64,000 nt of DNA from Chlorokybus atmophyticus (GCA_009103225.1 RHPI01002504.1:1-64000); one strand, 5' to 3'; positions 9,560-19,663 are shown, counted from the first letter of the stretch. The notes: generated by a model not told the origin, from the sequence alone. Program-made: numbers and translations.

Positions 9560-11581
9560 ATGGCGAAGCGATGCTGCAAGTGAGTCACTGTACTACCTTT
9601 GCCCACCCTCTCTGTCTCTCTCTGTGCATGTGTGTGCGCACTTGAGCGTGTGCAACTTGCGCCGGTATGGTCTTAGTAATGGGCTTAGCGTGCACGCATG
9701 TGACTGCACGAGCTGGCTGGGGCATGAAGAGTTCTGTTACCTTCGCCCCACCTCATGGCAAGCATCTTATGATGAAATACTACCTTCAGGAACATACAGC
9801 TTGCCTGACATGTGTGACTGACTCTCCATGTGGTTCTGGTGTCGCAGTTTTGGCGTTTGCTTGGCTGACGTTCTGCTCTGCGCTGTTACCGCTGTTTTCA
9901 CCTTTGTCATTCCTGCTGCCGGGCAGAGCGCCATCTCTGCATGCGCTTCTGTATTAATCCAGGTAACCTGATGTTGTCATAGCACGAATGTGGGTGCGCC
10001 TTGAGGCATGAGTTCTCCTTTCATTTCCCCCCCACGGCGACCGTTTCCGCTATGTGTGTGCGAGGTTTTACAGATGGGTGTGAGTATGACATGTCCATTG
10101 TTTGTGTGCAGGGCGTCTACAACTCTATATCTTAGGGCAGTTCAAGCCAGAGTTATCAGACGTTCCAGACCACTGTATGCACTTGGGCAGATTCTTACAT
10201 GTTTCAACAGTATCAAAACGACTACAGCGCCAACAGCGCCAGCAGCACGGTGAAAAACATTGAAGCGACAGCGACCCAGTTCGGCGTTTGGAGTGCTAGC
10301 GCAGGCGCCAGCGCAAAAGAGTCGCACCTTTCATCCGACCAGTTCTCGCTATTTGTGAAGAACGTAGATGACTACAAGATACATGCCTGTTCTGCAGCCT
10401 CGTCTTCCGCATCGTCAAGCGCTGATCTTCAATACATTAGCAATTGGATCGATCCCAACGTCATCAATGCCTGGCAGTCCTGCGTTAGAAATTTCGCCAC
10501 TGGTACCACTATCCAGAGCACGACGGGTGTGGACGGCGACTCGTGGGCTCTTAACATTGTTTTCGATAGCACAGTGTCGGGCGCAACAGCCTCTCTCAAC
10601 GGCTACTCGGTCACACCTGCCAAGGCTGCTGTCTGCCTTCTCCACGGGCCCAAAGTCACGCCAAGCGCCAAACTGTCATTGACGTGGCCGTTGGCAACAT
10701 CTGTCACCTACAACGTCTATTGCGTTAGGAATGCGACGGGTCTAACTAGGGCCGTGGACGTGTTCATCTACACAAGTGCAGGTACGTGATAATTGTTGCC
10801 GTTGTGTTATGCCATACAATGACATCTTCTTTGTCATGTGTTGACTTGCTTTGCCATCTACACAGGGGGATACTATCACGCCATACTCTACAACGCCCCT
10901 GCCCCCCCGCAACTTTCTCAGCTTCAGGCGCTCGTCAACCAGCAAGGCGTTACGCTCAACAACAAGGTCGCAGGGCTGCAGGCGCTCGTCAACCAGCAAG
11001 GCGCCACGCTCAACAACAAGGTCTCTGAGCTGCAGACTCATGTGGACAGCTTTTACGACGAAGGAAAGCTTACTGCCTATGCCCTCGACCTGTACGCCTG
11101 GGACGACCCGGCTCAAACGATCAGATACATGATTCAAGCTGCTTAAGGGGGGGATCAGAACTTCTCTCCAAGTGTTTTCATCATAAGGGACATGATGGCC
11201 GTTGCCAGCAACTTGGATTACCGGATCGCATATTGGACTGGTTCTGTCGACCTGCAGATGGCGAAAGAGACGGACGGTACATTTCAAGGAGTGAATGCTG
11301 TGCAAGTAGCGCATGATGCTTGGAATGTGGCATCTAGCACCCAGCAGAGGTTGGCTTCCATCTACGACGGCTGGGCGCTCACTGCTGTCGCAATTCGCAG
11401 CACGAGCGGGCAATATTTTGGATCCGGAAACAATAATATGGTGATGTGGCAGGATGGCTGCGTCACCTCGTACGGTGCTGGAGGCCAGGCAGGGGGCATA
11501 ATAAGTAGACACAACAGTAGGAAAATGCCCCAAGCCTCCCTCTTGATGTGTCAGTATAGAGCATGTAGTCTGAGTGTGTGA
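9560..11581 (+). pseudogene. Intron-containing secreted/surface protein gene with two in-frame stops, inside the viral block
   Basis: Exons 9560-9579, 9848-9962, 10112-10781 and 10866-~11581 splice in consistent phase (GT-AG). Signal peptide MAKRCCNFGVCLADVLLCAVTAVFTFVIPAAG; TAG at 10133 and TAA at 11144; TATATAT at ~9439. Confidence 0.7.
10925..11023 (+). repeat. 54-nt (18-aa) tandem duplication encoding a coiled coil
   Basis: QALVNQQGVTLNNKVAGL / QALVNQQGATLNNKV. Confidence 0.9.
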
Positions 11582-11637
11582 TCTATTACTCTGTGCATTT
11601 AGCAATAAGTCTGCTTATAGCGCTTGAATATCAATCA

Positions 11638-11831
11638 TGACGTGGGCGTTGCTATTTGGCGCATGGGTGCTGTCCAAGGTGTCTTTGTTGTTGGTTCCAT
11701 GCGTATCGTCGACCTTAGAAATAGCTCTGCACAATAAATGACGTGGGTAGTGTTGTTGGCGCACGGGTGTTGTCCAATGTGTTTTTTGGGTTCCACTGGA
11801 AGTATGTCGACCTTAGAAATAGTTCTACACA
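11638..11831 (+). repeat. Degenerate ~100-bp tandem duplication
   Basis: TGACGTGGG...GTCGACCTTAGAAATAG(C/T)TCT(G/A)CACAA occurs twice. Confidence 0.85.
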
Positions 11832-12342
11832 ACCAATTCAAAATTGAAATTGATGGAGGTTTTGTGTCTGCTAGCTGAAGCTTTATCAATTCTCTCCTTC
11901 TCAAACTGCTCTGTATCCCCCCTTGCTGAGTAAACTTTGTCGCGTACACATACTGAGAGCAGAACAAGCAGTAGTATAGGCGTTGCGTGTACAGTGATTG
12001 TGAGATATACCCGTATCGTTCATGTCAGTACGCACGCAAGGAATGTTTCTGCAATTGATAGTACATCGTCCCAACCACTATGTCCTGTTTCAAACAAGCG
12101 AAAAGCGAATTAAGCGTCCTTGTACGCCTCCTCGAGCGTTTTGACCAGAATCTTAACGACGTCCGGCTGACTGCAGCCGTAAGCGCCGTTTGCGCCGTCT
12201 TCTCCCACTTGCTGTTCGGCTGCAGCGGGCTGCGCAGGCGCTGGAGACGCCAGAGCAGAATGCGGGCGGTTGAGATCGATGTCGAGTCGGGGTCGGAGAG
12301 CGGAAGCCGCGATGCGCACATCGCACATCTGCGTGACGCGCC

Positions 12343-12774
12343 TCAAGCACTGTACCTGGCGGCGATCGCCGGCGGCGCGGACAACAACGTACATCGCGCA
12401 AGCATCGCATCTGCGCGCCCCGTGCCACCTCGCCATCCCCATCCCGCGAGAATAGGATCCACCTGCGGGTCGCTCGCGAAGAACAGCCGCTTTCCGTGCG
12501 TCGGCCGCGGATCGAAGTAATCCTTCGACAGCCAGCCTTCCACCCCCCACTTCGACACCACAGCCACATACAGAGGCATGTCCTGAATGAATCGCAGCGT
12601 CACGTCGCCATCTGCGAGCTCCACCGTCGACTTGCGTCCCGCGCGACCGATCTCTAGGAGCTTCAAGCCGCCGCCGCCAGCTCCGCCCTCCGCCGCCGCC
12701 GCCGCCGCCGCCAGCGCTCGCTTGGGCGCCGCCCCGCCGCACGACTTCCTGGCGGTTCTCCTGATGATCGCCAT
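12343..12774 (-). CDS. Histone H3 N-terminal tail mimic fused to an SH3-like domain; C-terminus probably continued past a stop or frameshift toward ~12110
   Basis: MAIIRRTARKSCGGAAPKRALA vs H3 [22 protein letters not shown], 13/22 identical with no gaps. Followed by an Ala/Gly linker and TVELADGDVTL...YVAVVSKWGVEGWLSKDYF; no histone fold. Confidence 0.7.
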   Translation of the reverse strand: MAIIRRTARKSCGGAAPKRALAAAAAAAEGGAGGGGLKLLEIGRAGRKSTVELADGDVTLRFIQDMPLYVAVVSKWGVEGWLSKDYFDPRPTHGKRLFFASDPQVDPILAGWGWRGGTGRADAMLARCTLLSAPPAIAARYSA

Positions 12775-12864
12775 CCTCACCGCCGCCCGCTGTCCAGGAC
12801 CATGAGTGTGCGTCGCTGACTTGGCATAAAATGCTGAGCCTTATACCACGATCTCGCGCATATC

Positions 12865-13953
12865 ATGGCAACGTTCGAAGATGTTCTCGTACCGCTGATT
12901 CACAACGCGCGCGCGCTGGGCCTGGAAGAAACCTCGGCCATAGCTTGCTGCAGCAAGTTCTGCCGTGACACGGTGGCCTCGATCCCCGCGAGAGTCCCCT
13001 CAGCAGTAACGGAATTGCCCCTCGAGATCGATCTGGACCACCCCGATCGATGCTCGAGATGCGACCATCCCTACGCGCTGTTCCAGTGGCCGTTCGAGGG
13101 ATCCGACTGCGGAGCCCGGCTGTGCTACGACTGCCTGCTCCCGCGAGCCTGGCCGAACGCGGAACTCGATGACGCGACCGCGCCCCCTCGTGCCACCAGG
13201 CTGCGCGTAATACCCCACACCAGCGCGGTCAGGCTGTTCGGTCTCGGTGGCGACACCAGGCTCGCTCCGTACGTGGTGCAGCGGTCGATGGGCGGACGCG
13301 TCTGCGGCGTCTACTACAGCCTGCGCGACGTGGTCGCCTTGGCCGTATCCAAAAGCGGATCGTTGCAGGCCGTGCGCAACAAGTTCCGCAGGCGCGAACT
13401 CAACCGGCAGCGCCGGCGCGAACTGCCCGCGCAGCGCTGCGCGCTCGCCAAGGCGGCGCTCGCGAGGGCGAAAGAAACGGACCCCTTCCTGTCGGAAGCC
13501 CTGTTTGAAGCGGCGGTCGAGGAGTACATCCGGAACGGCCGCGGCGGGACCAAGCGGCTGGCGGACAGCGCGGCGCGCTGCTCCGCGCTACACGCGGCGC
13601 TCGCCGCCCGCGGGCTGTGAGCGAGCCCTTACGAGTGGGCGTGCGTCTCGTACGTCAGCGGAGGCCTCCTCGCCCTGGATTGCGTCGTCGATAGCGTCGC
13701 CGCGCAGAACTTTTATTCCACGGAAACGGACTTCTCGTTGATCTTCGCCGACATGATAGAGCGAGAGCGCGGCCAACTACAGGCCGCGCACCACTTCGTG
13801 CAGCACGTCATGCTCGACGCTGACACTTACGCCAGGATCCACCGGCAGGCCCGCGCGGCCGCTGTCGACCGGTGGCTGCTGTGCGGCGGAGACCCGCGCG
13901 ACCTCCCGCCCGCAATCCGCGATGCTACATCGCCGCCACTGCCAGCGCGGTGA
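12865..13953 (+). pseudogene. F-box-like + XPA-like zinc/DNA-binding protein, in-frame TGA at 13618-13620
   Basis: CSRC-x20-CYDC, VIPHTSAVRLFGL, YYSLRDVVALAVSKSGSLQAV; the same frame stays open after TGA (ASPYEWACVSYVSGG...) to 13953. Confidence 0.55.
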
Positions 13954-14173
13954 GGCCCGTGACGACGATCTTCGTGGCCTCCTCCCCCGCGGCCGCCATC
14001 GCGCGCTGCAGCAGGATGCACTCCACCGACGTGTGCGCGCGGAACATGCTGGCCACAAACCCCGACGCGCAGTAGGCGGCATGCATCCGCGTGGATGCGA
14101 ACCAGATCGAGTGCAGCACGACGTAGGTGATCGCCGCCGTCCCTATGGCCCCGCACGCCTCCCGCCACACCAT
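13925..14173 (-). CDS. Small NCLDV-type membrane protein
   Basis: Hydrophobic N-terminus, H..W...MHAAYCASGFVASMF...SVECILL pattern, GC3-rich codons. Confidence 0.5.
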   Translation of the reverse strand: MVWREACGAIGTAAITYVVLHSIWFASTRMHAAYCASGFVASMFRAHTSVECILLQRAMAAAGEEATKIVVTGLTALAVAAM

Positions 14174-14238
14174 GCTCCCGGATTCCGCGCGCGCCCTTAC
14201 GTCGTCGCGCGAACAAAAGCGCGCGGACCGACATCATC

Positions 14239-14547
14239 ATGGAAGCGGCCGTCGCGGGGCTGCTGATGGTGGTGGTGGTGGCCGCCCTGCTGTCTTGCGT
14301 CGCGCGGTGCTGCGAATATTTCTCCCTGCCATGTCCGGCGAGCGAGCCGCTCCCACCGATCGTTCCCACGCACGACCTCGCCTGCGGCTCGCACGTCGTG
14401 GTGGTCAACCCCGACAGCAGCACCTGCGTCGGCGTGCTGAAGGACACTCATCAATCCACCGACTCGGCCGCGACCATGTCGAGCAGCCCCGACCCGTCCA
14501 GCAGCGCCTTGCCAACGGCGCCACCGGCGTCGACGGGAGCCCATTGA
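14239..14547 (+). CDS. Small N-terminally anchored membrane protein
   Basis: MEAAVAGLLMVVVVAALLSCVARCC TM segment, VVVVNPD motif. Confidence 0.45.
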   Translation: MEAAVAGLLMVVVVAALLSCVARCCEYFSLPCPASEPLPPIVPTHDLACGSHVVVVNPDSSTCVGVLKDTHQSTDSAATMSSSPDPSSSALPTAPPASTGAH

Positions 14548-15047
14548 TCCCACTCGTCGTAAGCGGCGTTCATCCCCCGGCACAGCGCGCACTCGCACAT
14601 GCTGCACGCGAACGGAGGCGGTTTGGCCTCGTCGTCTGCCGGCTGCGATTCCAGAGACGCCCCCGTGTCCCGTCCGAGTTCTTGCTCTGACGGCGCGCGA
14701 CACCTGAACCTGAGTCCGTACAGCACGTCTTCCAGGTGGACGAAACCTCTCCCCGCGTGCGCGCTGTACTCCACGGCGTCTGCCAGAGCGGACGCCACGA
14801 TGGCTCGCACGGTGGTCGCGTACGCTTGGGCATCAAAGACTCCATGCACGATTTCAGGAGCGCTCAACGCTCGGCCGGAGCGCATGAACGCGTAATCCTC
14901 TCTCGGCCTGCACGCGGGCTCGGGCGGGCGCTCGCTATCCCAGAACACGGCGCACGTGTAGCCGCGGTTGGTGCGCAGGAGGACTAGCGACGAACTAAAC
15001 GATACCATCACGGCGTGCAACACGCGATCCTCGTCACCCATCATCAT
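14451..15047 (-). CDS. Viral hypothetical protein with an H4-like alpha2-L2-alpha3 half histone fold and a Cys/Trp C-terminus
   Basis: DAVEYSAHAGRGFVHLEDVLYGL vs H4 [23 protein letters not shown], 12/23 identical; then CSMCECALC..MN..YDEWDQWAP. Confidence 0.6.
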   Translation of the reverse strand: MMMGDEDRVLHAVMVSFSSSLVLLRTNRGYTCAVFWDSERPPEPACRPREDYAFMRSGRALSAPEIVHGVFDAQAYATTVRAIVASALADAVEYSAHAGRGFVHLEDVLYGLRFRCRAPSEQELGRDTGASLESQPADDEAKPPPFACSMCECALCRGMNAAYDEWDQWAPVDAGGAVGKALLDGSGLLDMVAAESVD

Positions 15048-15390
15048 TACGGTTAGCGCGAAATTTGCTTCAAAGCAGACGCGTGCTGCTGCTCATTGCA
15101 GCTGCTGTTCTTCGTGTGCGTCTATTCCCGAACAACTACATCTCGCCAACTTCACCTCCGTGCGCCCGGCGATGCTGCTCGACGCTCCTAAAATCAAAGG
15201 ATACGTTGATGGCGTACGACTGTCGTTGATTCCTCTTAGGAATCGACAGTGCTCGCAACATTGCGTTGCGGGCAATGCGAGATGCGGCCACGTCAGATAT
15301 GGCGTGCTCGTACTGCGTTCGTGTACAGGACTTCAATGCGATGTCCGTGAACGTTCAGGTTTGACGTATCGGGACACCGGCAAAACGATA

Positions 15391-15852
15391 TCACATGGCG
15401 GACGGCGGGACAACGATGGCCACCGGTGGAAGGGTGCCTATCAAGGGAGCGTCGACGGCAGAGATGGGGTACATGCCCAGTTCGGTCGTCAGCACCGGTT
15501 CGGGGCCTTCGGGCCGCGCCGTCGCGGCAGCCAGGTTGGGCAGTGGGTCGATGGCGATCGGCAGATCGGTTGGGGGCACCACCGCCGGCTGCTGCGGGAT
15601 CAGAGGCGCGTCGCCCGCGATGTCGCCGTACACGGGGGACGCCCCGGTATCTTCGATGCCGCTGTCGGGGGACAATGGTGCGTACCCGAGAAAGCCGCTC
15701 TTACCCTTGAAGAGGCCCCAGCCCGACATGATGCCCACGGCGAAGCCCAGGACGAAGGCCATCGCGATCCAGCCGAAAGTGCCCATGTTGAACATGGCGG
15801 ATGTGTCGCCCGTCCCATAACCGGCGGTGCCGTAATAATCCCTGTAGCCCAT
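15391..15852 (-). CDS. Single-TM Pro-rich viral hypothetical protein
   Basis: ATG start, TM FGWIAMAFVLGFAVGIMSGWGLF, GC3-rich. Confidence 0.55.
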   Translation of the reverse strand: MGYRDYYGTAGYGTGDTSAMFNMGTFGWIAMAFVLGFAVGIMSGWGLFKGKSGFLGYAPLSPDSGIEDTGASPVYGDIAGDAPLIPQQPAVVPPTDLPIAIDPLPNLAAATARPEGPEPVLTTELGMYPISAVDAPLIGTLPPVAIVVPPSAM

Positions 15853-15922
15853 CGTTTGGTATGTTCGAAAGAAAAATAGCTGACGCTGGCGGGCGCCATA
15901 CCATTTTTCTCAGCCACTCGCA

Positions 15923-16300
15923 ATGGAGTTCCAGCGGCTGCGCTCCCGCTCCCGCTGGCGCAGGCTCAAGCGCATCCTCCGCGAGAGCTTCGTGGAGAGC
16001 GTAGTCGTTACGATGACCTTCGTCCTTATCTACTCGGTGAGCAACCACGACTCGAGCCGGACGCTCACCCTCTCGCGCCTGCCCCTGTTGCTGCTCATCT
16101 TCGTCATCATTAACGTCCTCATCAAGACGAGCTCCGCCACCGACAGCAAGTCACTGGTATTGGGCACGGTCAGCTCGCTGGGCAGCATGGCGATGTCGAA
16201 CCTGCTCTTAGTGCAAATATATATATTCTTGCGTACCGATACACGATGCAGCTGTGGCCCGAATCGACAACCGCGCGGGTGGCGATCGTCGCAGTTGTAG
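15923..16300 (+). CDS. Multi-TM viral hypothetical protein
   Basis: Basic N-terminus followed by 2-3 hydrophobic segments; divergent from the 15852 gene. Confidence 0.5.
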   Translation: MEFQRLRSRSRWRRLKRILRESFVESVVVTMTFVLIYSVSNHDSSRTLTLSRLPLLLLIFVIINVLIKTSSATDSKSLVLGTVSSLGSMAMSNLLLVQIYIFLRTDTRCSCGPNRQPRGWRSSQL

Positions 16301-16581
16301 CGCTAGCGGTCTGCGCGTTCGTTCTCCACCGCATGGGCGGCTTCAAGTCGGCCTTCGGCAGCCGTACCACCCGCTGCCACCACGCCGTCGAGCAGGTGTG
16401 CAAGTACGCCTCCCTCGCGGAGGGCACTAGCCCCGACGACGGGTACGCCGATTGCATGGAAACTATCAATTCCCTCGGCCCCCTCAAGTGCGCGTTTGTT
16501 ACCGAACGGCTGGCGTCCTGTCTCGCCGATTTTGAGGGCTCGCCCGACCTAAACAAGCTCTACCAGTGCTCTCAAAAGTGA
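16246..16581 (+). CDS. N-anchored Cys-rich small protein
   Basis: TM VAIVAVVALAVCAFVL, 6 further Cys, intronless. Confidence 0.55.
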   Translation: MQLWPESTTARVAIVAVVALAVCAFVLHRMGGFKSAFGSRTTRCHHAVEQVCKYASLAEGTSPDDGYADCMETINSLGPLKCAFVTERLASCLADFEGSPDLNKLYQCSQK

Positions 16582-16590
16582 TCGGCAAGC

Positions 16591-18331
16591 CTACCTGACC
16601 GGCGGATACTGCGGGAGCTTCATCCTCTGTGCTTGATGCGCGAATGTGTTCAAGCACACGGTGGCTATCCCACCTAGCACGGCACCAACGACATCCGGGT
16701 TTGCATTCTCAACTATGAAGGTGAGGAATGGAGGTGACGTCCACCCCGAGCCAGCTTCGTCGGGCCGATGGCGCGGCGGCGATGGTATCTGCGCGGCGTC
16801 GTTGTGCGAACCTGACATCGTCGCGTTACACGTCATGTTGAATACCGTCTTATTCGCGTTGCGCAAGACTTCCGGCGTCAAGTGCTCGTTTGTAAACGTT
16901 CTTCCGTTATTGACTACTTGAACTGGTGTCGCCGCCAAGGTTATGATCTCGGGTAACTCGCTCCATTTGAGGGGAGGATTAGCGCCGTCTTGGCGCCTCA
17001 TGTGTATGCGGCTCGTTCCGTTACCGTCCTGGCGCACGCACTGCGCGAGGTTGCGGACGCCTGTCCCACCGCCATAAACACGTTCGATGGCATCTGGGCC
17101 AGCATGCTCTCGAAAGTTCCGTTTTGAAATATCGTATCACGGAACTCCGGATCGGATGTTGGCTTAACGACCTCTTCTCGGGGTGCGCCCATATGAATTG
17201 CATCAACATCACCGCCGTCGCCGTCGAAGCGACCATCACGTTGAGCATGCGCACGGTCTTGCGAGGAACTCTCGGGATCCGCCAGAACGGCCGTTGGCTA
17301 CGCCACGACTCCAGCTTTCTCAGGACCGGGCGGGCCACCATCGCCGAGGCGGTGATGAGCTGCAGCGGCACGTTCCCGGGAAGGCAATAGCACCATACCT
17401 GCCGGGCGGCTTCGTTTATGAGACGCCTCCAGGTAGCTACCGGCACCGGAATCGGCCCTACTGGCTGGGGCGGCGGGGGCGGCAGGGGCGGGATGACGAT
17501 CGGGACGGGCGTCGGGTACACCAGTTCCTCTTGTGTGGTGTGAAAGCTGTTGTTGCTGGTAGCGGTGTGGTAGCTGCTGGTGCTGCTGGAGGAGCTGCTG
17601 CTGCTGCTGCTGCTTGTATCCGAATCGCGCAACGGGTACGGCGGGGGCCACCACCACCATAGCGGAGGTTGTTGGCCCTGCATGTTCGGGACGTGCGCGG
17701 GGGGCACCGGGGGAAAGTTTACGGGGTAGACGGCGTTGGCAGCAGCAGCGGCCGCATTGCCTGACCCCAATCCCCCGTTGCGCGCGCCGCTCCCGGCGCC
17801 TGGAAGGCTGTTAGTCGGAGTGCCGTTGTTCAGATACCGCGCGCTGCAGTAGATCACGTAGACCCCGTGCGACGCGTGCGGGCCCCAGAACGCCCAGAGG
17901 TCCTTCGCGTACCGCTTTGAGGTTCGCAAACCTCCCGCCAGCCACGAGGCCAGGACCGCGATCGCCGCCCAGACCTGCCATCCGAACAGGACGAGCAGCA
18001 CCTGCGCCAGCCGCACCAGCAGGGGCGACGAGCGCTTATTCAACAACGCCGTGCTCAATCGCCGCAGAACGAACACCAGTTCCCTTGCGAATCGGCGCTG
18101 CATTGCCGGGGTGTTGGCGGTCGTAAGAGGAATCGCCAAGTTCCTCCGTTTCTCGCTGCAATAGCGCTTGAACGCTTCGTCCAGGAGACCTTCCGCCAGC
18201 CGGATCTCCCTGGGCCGCGCTGTCGCCATGCGCTTCTTGTTTGCTTGCGCGGCCATCACGCCCGTCAGCGCGGCCGCGGACACCGCGCCCACTACCGCAG
18301 CCACCGTCAAGGCTTTCGTCGAACTGAACAT
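16591..18331 (-). pseudogene. Large membrane protein gene with at least 2 frameshifts
   Basis: ORFs 17021-18331, 16998-17192 and 16591-17037 overlap in succession; TM segments, Ser run and Pro-rich linker. Confidence 0.5.
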
Positions 18332-18896
18332 TCCGGGACCGTTCTATATGGCCGGGGATGGCCTCGCGCGCAGCGATCGAACTGTACTCCTTGCCCTCTT
18401 GTTTCGCACAGCCGCCCCCCTGGCGGCCGCGAGCGTTCGCCACGTCGTCATGCTCGAACTCGAGAAAAGATTGTGTGCCGATGCCAATGCGCGCGATGCC
18501 TCGCACGCCGGCGGGATTTCAGCAGAGGTCGATGTCGGGAAACCTTTTGGATTTGCGCGTGAATTCCGTCGTTAGGCTACGCGCCCTCGGGCTATCCCCG
18601 AAGCGCGAGTGGCGCGTGTAACGCATACTCGTCCGTCTCGGGTGGTTGCAGCAGGACTACAAGTACGAGGGGGCGCGGGAGGACCCCCAGCGGCAGAGGC
18701 GCCGCGCTCTGAGGGTGCGCGACCGCCGAGCGCTAGTCCGCGCCGGCCTCGTCGGGCCGCACCAGATAGTGCACCACTTCACGTTTGACGCACGAGACGC
18801 CGTGCGCATGCGCGGGATCAGCATCGTAAGTGCAGACTCGCACCAGCGGCACCACTCGCGGAAACATCTAATCGAAAAGCTCGGTGAGCTCATCGA

Positions 18897-19585
18897 TCAC
18901 CGCCGGTCGGGCAGCCGCTCGTCGCCGCTGGACGCCATCGCCATAGCGTCCAGCTGAACGAAGCGCACGCCCAGCGTGCGCGCCAGCGCGTCCGAAGCTC
19001 GCTTGGTCGGCCGGCCGCGCACGACTCTGAGGCTGTCGTTGGCGACCCTGGTCTTCGCTATGGCGTCCAGGCGCTGCTGCTGCCGCTGCAGCTGGTTGCT
19101 CTGCTCCCGCGCGGACCGCTTTTCCGGTGTCCGAGGCGGCGACCGGTTCGCGGCCGCCAACGACGAGGGAGCGCCCACCGGCGCGGTGATCGGAACCGTG
19201 CGGCCCTCGTAGTCGCTGTACATCATGTCGGCCGATAATTCGCGATACTTGCGATCCGAAAGGCCCTCTCCGAACCGCCGGAACTCGTCCAGGGACATGT
19301 GGTCCCCCCGTAAGCCCTCAGCAGCAACCGCGGCGGCGCGGCGCGGATGCCTCCGCCGATTTTCCCCACCACTTGCTTTCGCAGCAGCGTCAGCCACGTC
19401 CCGCACAGGTCCTTCCTCGCGCTGTTGCGGCTCAGGTTGAACGACTTTGCGCACGAGAAGCTGCAGAAGTTCCCGATCGTTTCGAACTTCTTGAGACGCT
19501 CATCGTACTTTATCGGCAGCCCGACAGGAGGCCCGCTCAGGGCGTGCCCGTCGTACCAGCATACGAGCTGGTCCGTATCTGCCAT
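18897..19585 (-). pseudogene. Poxvirus A1L/VLTF2-like late transcription factor, frameshift at a G6 run (~19303-19310)
   Basis: CWYDGHALSGPPVGLPIKYD...IGNFCSFSCAKSF...APPRLLLRAYGG, then shifted HMSLDEFRR...RPTKRASDALARTLG. Confidence 0.85.
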
Positions 19586-19663
19586 CGTCGCTTTCGGGCC
19601 GAGGTAGGCGCGCGCTGGCCTTACGCCCGCGCGGCTGGCAAAATTTGTGGCGCAGCGGTAGGC

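Noticed and set aside
10925-11023. Resemblance to the coronavirus spike HR1 (LQDVVNQNAQALN)
   Set aside because: Generic heptad/N-Q composition; no other spike features
11638-11831. CRISPR-like array (also 59917-60072)
   Set aside because: Only two tandem units, no unique spacers, eukaryotic context, no cas genes
9349-12093. Possible terminal inverted repeats (TTGAACAGGGA / TCCTGTTTCAA; CAGGGCCGTGGGAC / GTCCCAACCACTATG) around the intron-containing insert
   Set aside because: Matches are short and gapped, and no target-site duplication is found for either boundary pair
12110-12450. ADP-ribosyltransferase/PARP-like motifs (RWHGA, NGAYG, AQTAL) downstream of the H3 mimic
   Set aside because: Motifs lie in different frames with wrong spacing; not supportable without HMM evidence
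18927-18954. Mimivirus-type 3' hairpin (GCTGGACGC / GCGTCCAGC)
   Set aside because: Only a 9-bp GC-rich stem, expected by chance at this GC content
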